Shown one piece after another: positions 59,966 to 64,000 of a DNA stretch of 64,000 bases. Under the pieces are notes generated by a model that was not told where the DNA came from, did no database searches, and saw only the letters and a program-made list of their open reading frames with translations. This DNA comes from an uncultured Gemmatimonadaceae bacterium (GTDB lineage: Bacteria; Gemmatimonadota; Gemmatimonadetes; Gemmatimonadales; Gemmatimonadaceae), in assembly GCA_963843845.1 (NCBI GenBank), contig CAWJMB010000002.1, forward strand, positions 640,001-704,000. Reading direction: 5' to 3'. Numbering within the stretch: the stretch's first letter is position 1; every line of letters begins with the position of its first letter. The position numbers and the translations under genes are program-made.

Positions 59966-60348
59966 CGCGCGTCACCGGCATCGGCGGCATCTTCTTCGAG
60001 GCGAAGGACCCCGCGGCGTTGCGGGCGTGGTATCAGCGCCACCTCGGCATCGACGTCCAACCCTGGGGCGGCACCGCGTTCACATGGGCGGATGCGGCAG
60101 GGAAGCCGCTCGGCGGGTCCACCATCTGGTCGATCGGCTCGGCGCACAGCGAGCAGTTCGCCCCTGGGACCGCACCGTTCACGATCTGCTACCGGGTGGA
60201 AGACCTCCGCGCGGTGATCAGCGCTCTGCGCGACGAAGGGTGCAACGTGCTCGACAAGATCGACGACTCGGAGTACGGGGTGTTCGGTTGGGTCATCGAC
60301 CCGGAGGGCAACAAGGTGGAGCTCTGGCAGCCGCCGGCCGGCCAATGA
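59962..60348 (+). CDS. VOC/glyoxalase family protein
   Basis: RVTGIGGIFF..WYQRHLG..YRVEDL..DPEGNKVELWQP. Confidence 0.9.
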   Translation: MTRVTGIGGIFFEAKDPAALRAWYQRHLGIDVQPWGGTAFTWADAAGKPLGGSTIWSIGSAHSEQFAPGTAPFTICYRVEDLRAVISALRDEGCNVLDKIDDSEYGVFGWVIDPEGNKVELWQPPAGQ

Positions 60349-60538
60349 CCTGCGCTCGCCGACCGTGATGACCGGCCCCCGGCGGCTCCCCGAGCCGGCG
60401 ATGACGACCTAGCGCCCCACAGCCGCGGGGAGCGAGCACCCGGACAGGAGCACCGCGCTCAGGCGCGGCTGCTGCACCGCCTGGCCCGCGATCGCGCCCC
60501 TCGACTACAGCAGTTCGCGCTCGGCTCGAGCGTCCTCC

Positions 60539-60614
60539 ACAGAAGGAACGGAAGGAACGGAAGGCATACAAGACCAGATCGGGTGCCCTCTTCTGTTCCT
60601 TCTGTTCCTCCTGT
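60539..60614. repeat. Inverted pair of 9-bp tandem repeats forming a long hairpin
   Basis: ACAGAAGGA-ACGGAAGGA-ACGGAAGGCA ... TGCCCTCTTCTGT-TCCTTCTGT-TCCTCCTGT. Confidence 0.8.
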
Positions 60615-60942
60615 CGAACACTACGGCAACGACATCCGCGATTCGGCGCAGGACCAGCGAGATCGCGAGCTGCGGGTCGGCCCGCCGGACGCCCGTCCGC
60701 GCACTCGCGCACTCACAGACCGCATCGGATCGCGCACGAGACGCTCGTGCGCGCGTCGGCGCGCGTCGCCGTCGGGTGTTTCCCAATCCCGGCCCGGGCC
60801 GTAAGTTTGCGCGCCTCCCCGGCGTCGGTTGCCCGTCCGCCCCGCCTCCTTCCCTCCGCTCGACGCCCCCGACTCGTGGCCGACCCGCCGCGCAAACGGC
60901 CACGGCCGGCCCCAGCCGCCGCCCCGCGCCGATGAGCCGCCG

Positions 60943-63623
60943 ATGAGCACGACGCAGCAGCTCGAGAGCGCGCTGAGCGGCCGCTACCAGGTGGAGCGCG
61001 AGGTCGGCGCCGGCGGCATGGCCACCGTCTACCGCGCGCGCGACCTGCGCCACGACCGCCCCGTGGCGCTCAAGGTCCTCCGCCCCGAGCTCTCGGCCAT
61101 CCTCGGCGCCGAGCGGTTCCTGAAGCGAGATCCGCACGACGGCCAACCTCCAGCACCCGCACATCCTCCCGCTGCACGACTCGGGCGAGGCGAACGGGCT
61201 GGTGTTCTACGTCATGCCGTTCGTCGAGGGCGAGTCGCTGCGCGACCGGCTGTCGCGCGAGACGCAGCTGCCGGTGGACGACGCGGTGCGCATCGCGCGC
61301 GAGGTGGCGAGCGCGCTCGACTACGCGCACCGGCGCGGCGTGGTGCACCGCGACATCAAGCCGGAGAACATCCTGCTGCACGACGGGCAGGCGCTCGTCG
61401 CCGACTTCGGGATCGCGCTCGCCGTGAGCGCCGTCGGCGGCGGCACGCGCCTGACCGAGACGGGGATGTCGTTGGGCACCCCGCACTACATGAGCCCCGA
61501 GCAGGCGATGGGGGAGCGCGAGATCACGGCGCGCTCGGACGTCTACGCGCTCGGCTGCGTGCTCTACGAGATGCTGCTCGGCGAGCCGCCGTTCACGGGG
61601 CCGACGGCGCAGGCCATCGTGGCGCGCGTGATGACGGAGGAGCCGCGCGGGCTCACGGCGCAGCGCAAGTCGGTCCCGCCGCACGTCGAGGCGGCGGTGC
61701 ACACGGCGCTCGCGAAGCTGCCGGCCGACCGGTTCGCGACGGCCGCGGAGTTCGCGGCGGCGCTGGCCGCGCCGGGCTTCACGACGGCGCGGACGGCCGT
61801 CAGCGCCGATCGCGACGCGCGTCCGGCGTCGGGCCGCTGGCTCGCCGACCGGCGCACGCTGGCGACGCTCGCGGGCGCCGCCGCCCTCGTCGTGGCGGCG
61901 CTCGTGCTGCCGCGGGTCATCGGCGCGCGTGGCGCGCGACGGCGCGCAGGGCGACGTCACCACGCGCCTGCGCCTGGTGCTCGACGACACCACCGGCCGG
62001 CGCGTCTACCGCGAGACCCTGCACGGGTCGCCCGCCGTCGCGCCGGACGGGCGGGCGGTGGCGTACGCGGTCGCCGAGGGCGACACGGTCGTGCTCCGCG
62101 TGCAGCGGCTCGACCGCTTCGACCCGTGGGTGGTGGACGGCGGCGGGCGCATGCCATTCTTCTCGCCCGACGGCCGATGGATCGGGTTCCTGCGCGGCGG
62201 CGAGGTGTGGAAGGTCCCCGCGGAGGGCGGGGCGCCGACGCGCCTGGGGTCCCTCGACGAGCACGCGTTCTCGTGGGACGTCGTCACGCCGGGCGTCTGG
62301 CTCCCCGAGGGCGACATCCACTTCACCGGCCCGCGCGGGCTGGTCGTCGTCCCCGCCAACGGCGGCAGCACGCGGACCGTCGCGGTGGGCGATTCGGCGG
62401 GCGGCGGTGAGCCGCTCTTCGATCTGAGTCGCGCCCCGGACGGACGGTTGCTCGCGCAGGTAAGCCGCGACGGGCGCGCGCGTCTGGCGCTGCTCTCGAC
62501 GGACGGCCGGGACGTCCGGCTCCTCCCGGACGACGTGCGGCCTCCCGCGGGCTTCGTCGGCGACCTTCTGGTGTTCGCGCGCGCTGGGCAGCGCTACGCC
62601 AGCGCGTTCGATCCGGCGGCTCTCCGGCCGGTCGGGGAGCCGCTGACGTTGACCGACCTGCCGCCCGTCTCATACGAGGTCGCGGCGTGGCTGCGGCTCG
62701 CTGCCAGCACCGCCTGGGTCGAGGGCACGAGCGCGCCGCGCGTCGAGCCCGTGTGGGTGGACCGGGCGGGGGCGGCGACGCCGGTCGGCGTCGCGGCCAC
62801 GCGCATCCGCTGGCCACGACTCTCGCCCGACGGACGTCGGCTCGCGCTGGCGGTGACGGGCGACCAGCAGCTCGTCGTGGACGATCTCGCCGCGGGCACG
62901 CGGACGCGGCTCCAGGCGCCGGCCGGTCGGACGGAGCCCGTGTGGTTTCACGACGGCACGCGCCTCGTGACCTCGAAGGGGTGGGGCACGTCGCGCAACG
63001 CACTCGTCGTGCAGCGCGCCGACGGCAGCCGCGCGCCGGACACGCTGCTGACCTCCGGGCGCGACCTGTGGCCGACCGACGTGTCGCCCGGCGATTCGCT
63101 GCTGCTCTTCTACGGTGCGACCGAGGGCGACCCGCAGGACGTGCAGGCGCTGCACCTGCGCACCAGGCAGCTCCATCGCCTCGCGCTCCCCGGCGAGCAG
63201 CGCGGCGCCCGCTTCTCGCCCGACATGCGCTGGGTCGCGCTGCAGTCGCGCGAGGGCGGCGGCAGGTACGACGTGCTCGTCGTCCCGTGGCCCTCGCTCG
63301 ACGCACGCCACGTCGTCTCGACCGACGGCGGTGGGGAGGAGCCGATCTGGTCGCGCGACGGGCGCGAGCTGTTCTACCGGCGCGGCGGGCGCGTCATGGT
63401 CGTCCGGGTCACGCCCGGCGAGGCGTGGACCGCGTCGCCGCCGGCGGAGCTGTTCGGCGGGTCCTTCGAGGCCGACCAGTACGGGGACCAGAGCTGGGAC
63501 ATCGCGCCGGACGGGCGGTTCCTCATGCTGCGCGCCGTCGGCCAGCCGCGACTGGAGATCCGCGTGATCCAGCACTGGGCGGCGGAACTGGCGCGCAGGC
63601 TCGCGGACGGAGCGCAGCGGTGA
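60943..63623 (+). CDS. Ser/Thr protein kinase with TM helix and TolB/PD40 beta-propeller (apparent frameshifts near 61125 and 61930)
   Basis: GAGGMATVY, VALKVL, HRDIKPEN, DFG, GTPHYMSPEQ; FSPDGRW repeats. Confidence 0.9.
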
Positions 63624-64000
63624 CCGCCTTCGCGCACGCGGACGAGGCCCTGCTGCAGCGGCTCCGCCAGTCGCTCGGCGCGAGCTACAGGCTCGAGCGC
63701 GAGCTGGGCGGCGGGGGGATGAGCCGCGTGTTCGTCGCGCGCGAAGAGGCGTTAGGCCGCGACGTCGTCGTGAAGGTGCTCGCGCCGGAGCTGGCCCAAG
63801 GGCTGAGCGCCGAGCGGTTCGCGCGCGAGATCCGGCTGGCGGCCGCGCTGCAGGAGCCGCACATCGTGCCGGTGCTCGCCGCCGGCGTGACCGACGGCGG
63901 GCTGCCGTACTACACGATGCCCTACGTGCGCGGCGAGTCGCTCCGCGCGCGCCTCGCCGCCGGCGCGGTGCCGCTCCGCGAGGCGCTCGGCGTGCTGCGC
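63620..64000 (+). CDS. Ser/Thr protein kinase (3'-partial)
   Basis: GTG overlapping the upstream TGA; LERELGGGGMSRVFVA..VVVKVL..RFAREI..PHIVPV..YYTMPYVRGESLR. Confidence 0.88.
   Translation, partial: MTAFAHADEALLQRLRQSLGASYRLERELGGGGMSRVFVAREEALGRDVVVKVLAPELAQGLSAERFAREIRLAAALQEPHIVPVLAAGVTDGGLPYYTMPYVRGESLRARLAAGAVPLREALGVLR

Overview
Very GC-rich (roughly 70-75% by eye) bacterial chromosomal segment. Gene content suggests Gemmatimonadota or a relative (inference): ADOP permease with PadR, several Ser/Thr kinases, PEP-CTERM proteins, M14 peptidases, a BTAD-TPR regulator and plug/TonB-C fusions. It holds about 48 CDS and one tRNA-Asn(GTT). Main blocks: an ATP-grasp / circularly permuted ATP-grasp / YbdK ligase / PuuD-like operon; a coupled serA - FAD dehydrogenase - serB - class V aminotransferase operon; many secreted hydrolases; deaD plus a 2H phosphoesterase; a Clp-N-like/KAP NTPase; ettA; and a small decayed accessory island (toxin-antitoxin remnants, mazEF, IS5, MarR-DoxX-VOC). 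Many single-base frameshifts cluster in patches and hit normally conserved genes, so they are probably assembly indels rather than true pseudogenes. The most unusual signal is a strongly iterated motif, (C)GTTAGGC: I counted 14 copies by eye, and 13 lie in genes as an in-frame TTA-GGC (Leu-Gly) although TTA is otherwise almost absent. Several structured intergenic elements are also present. All functional calls come from motif recognition; no database searches were run.
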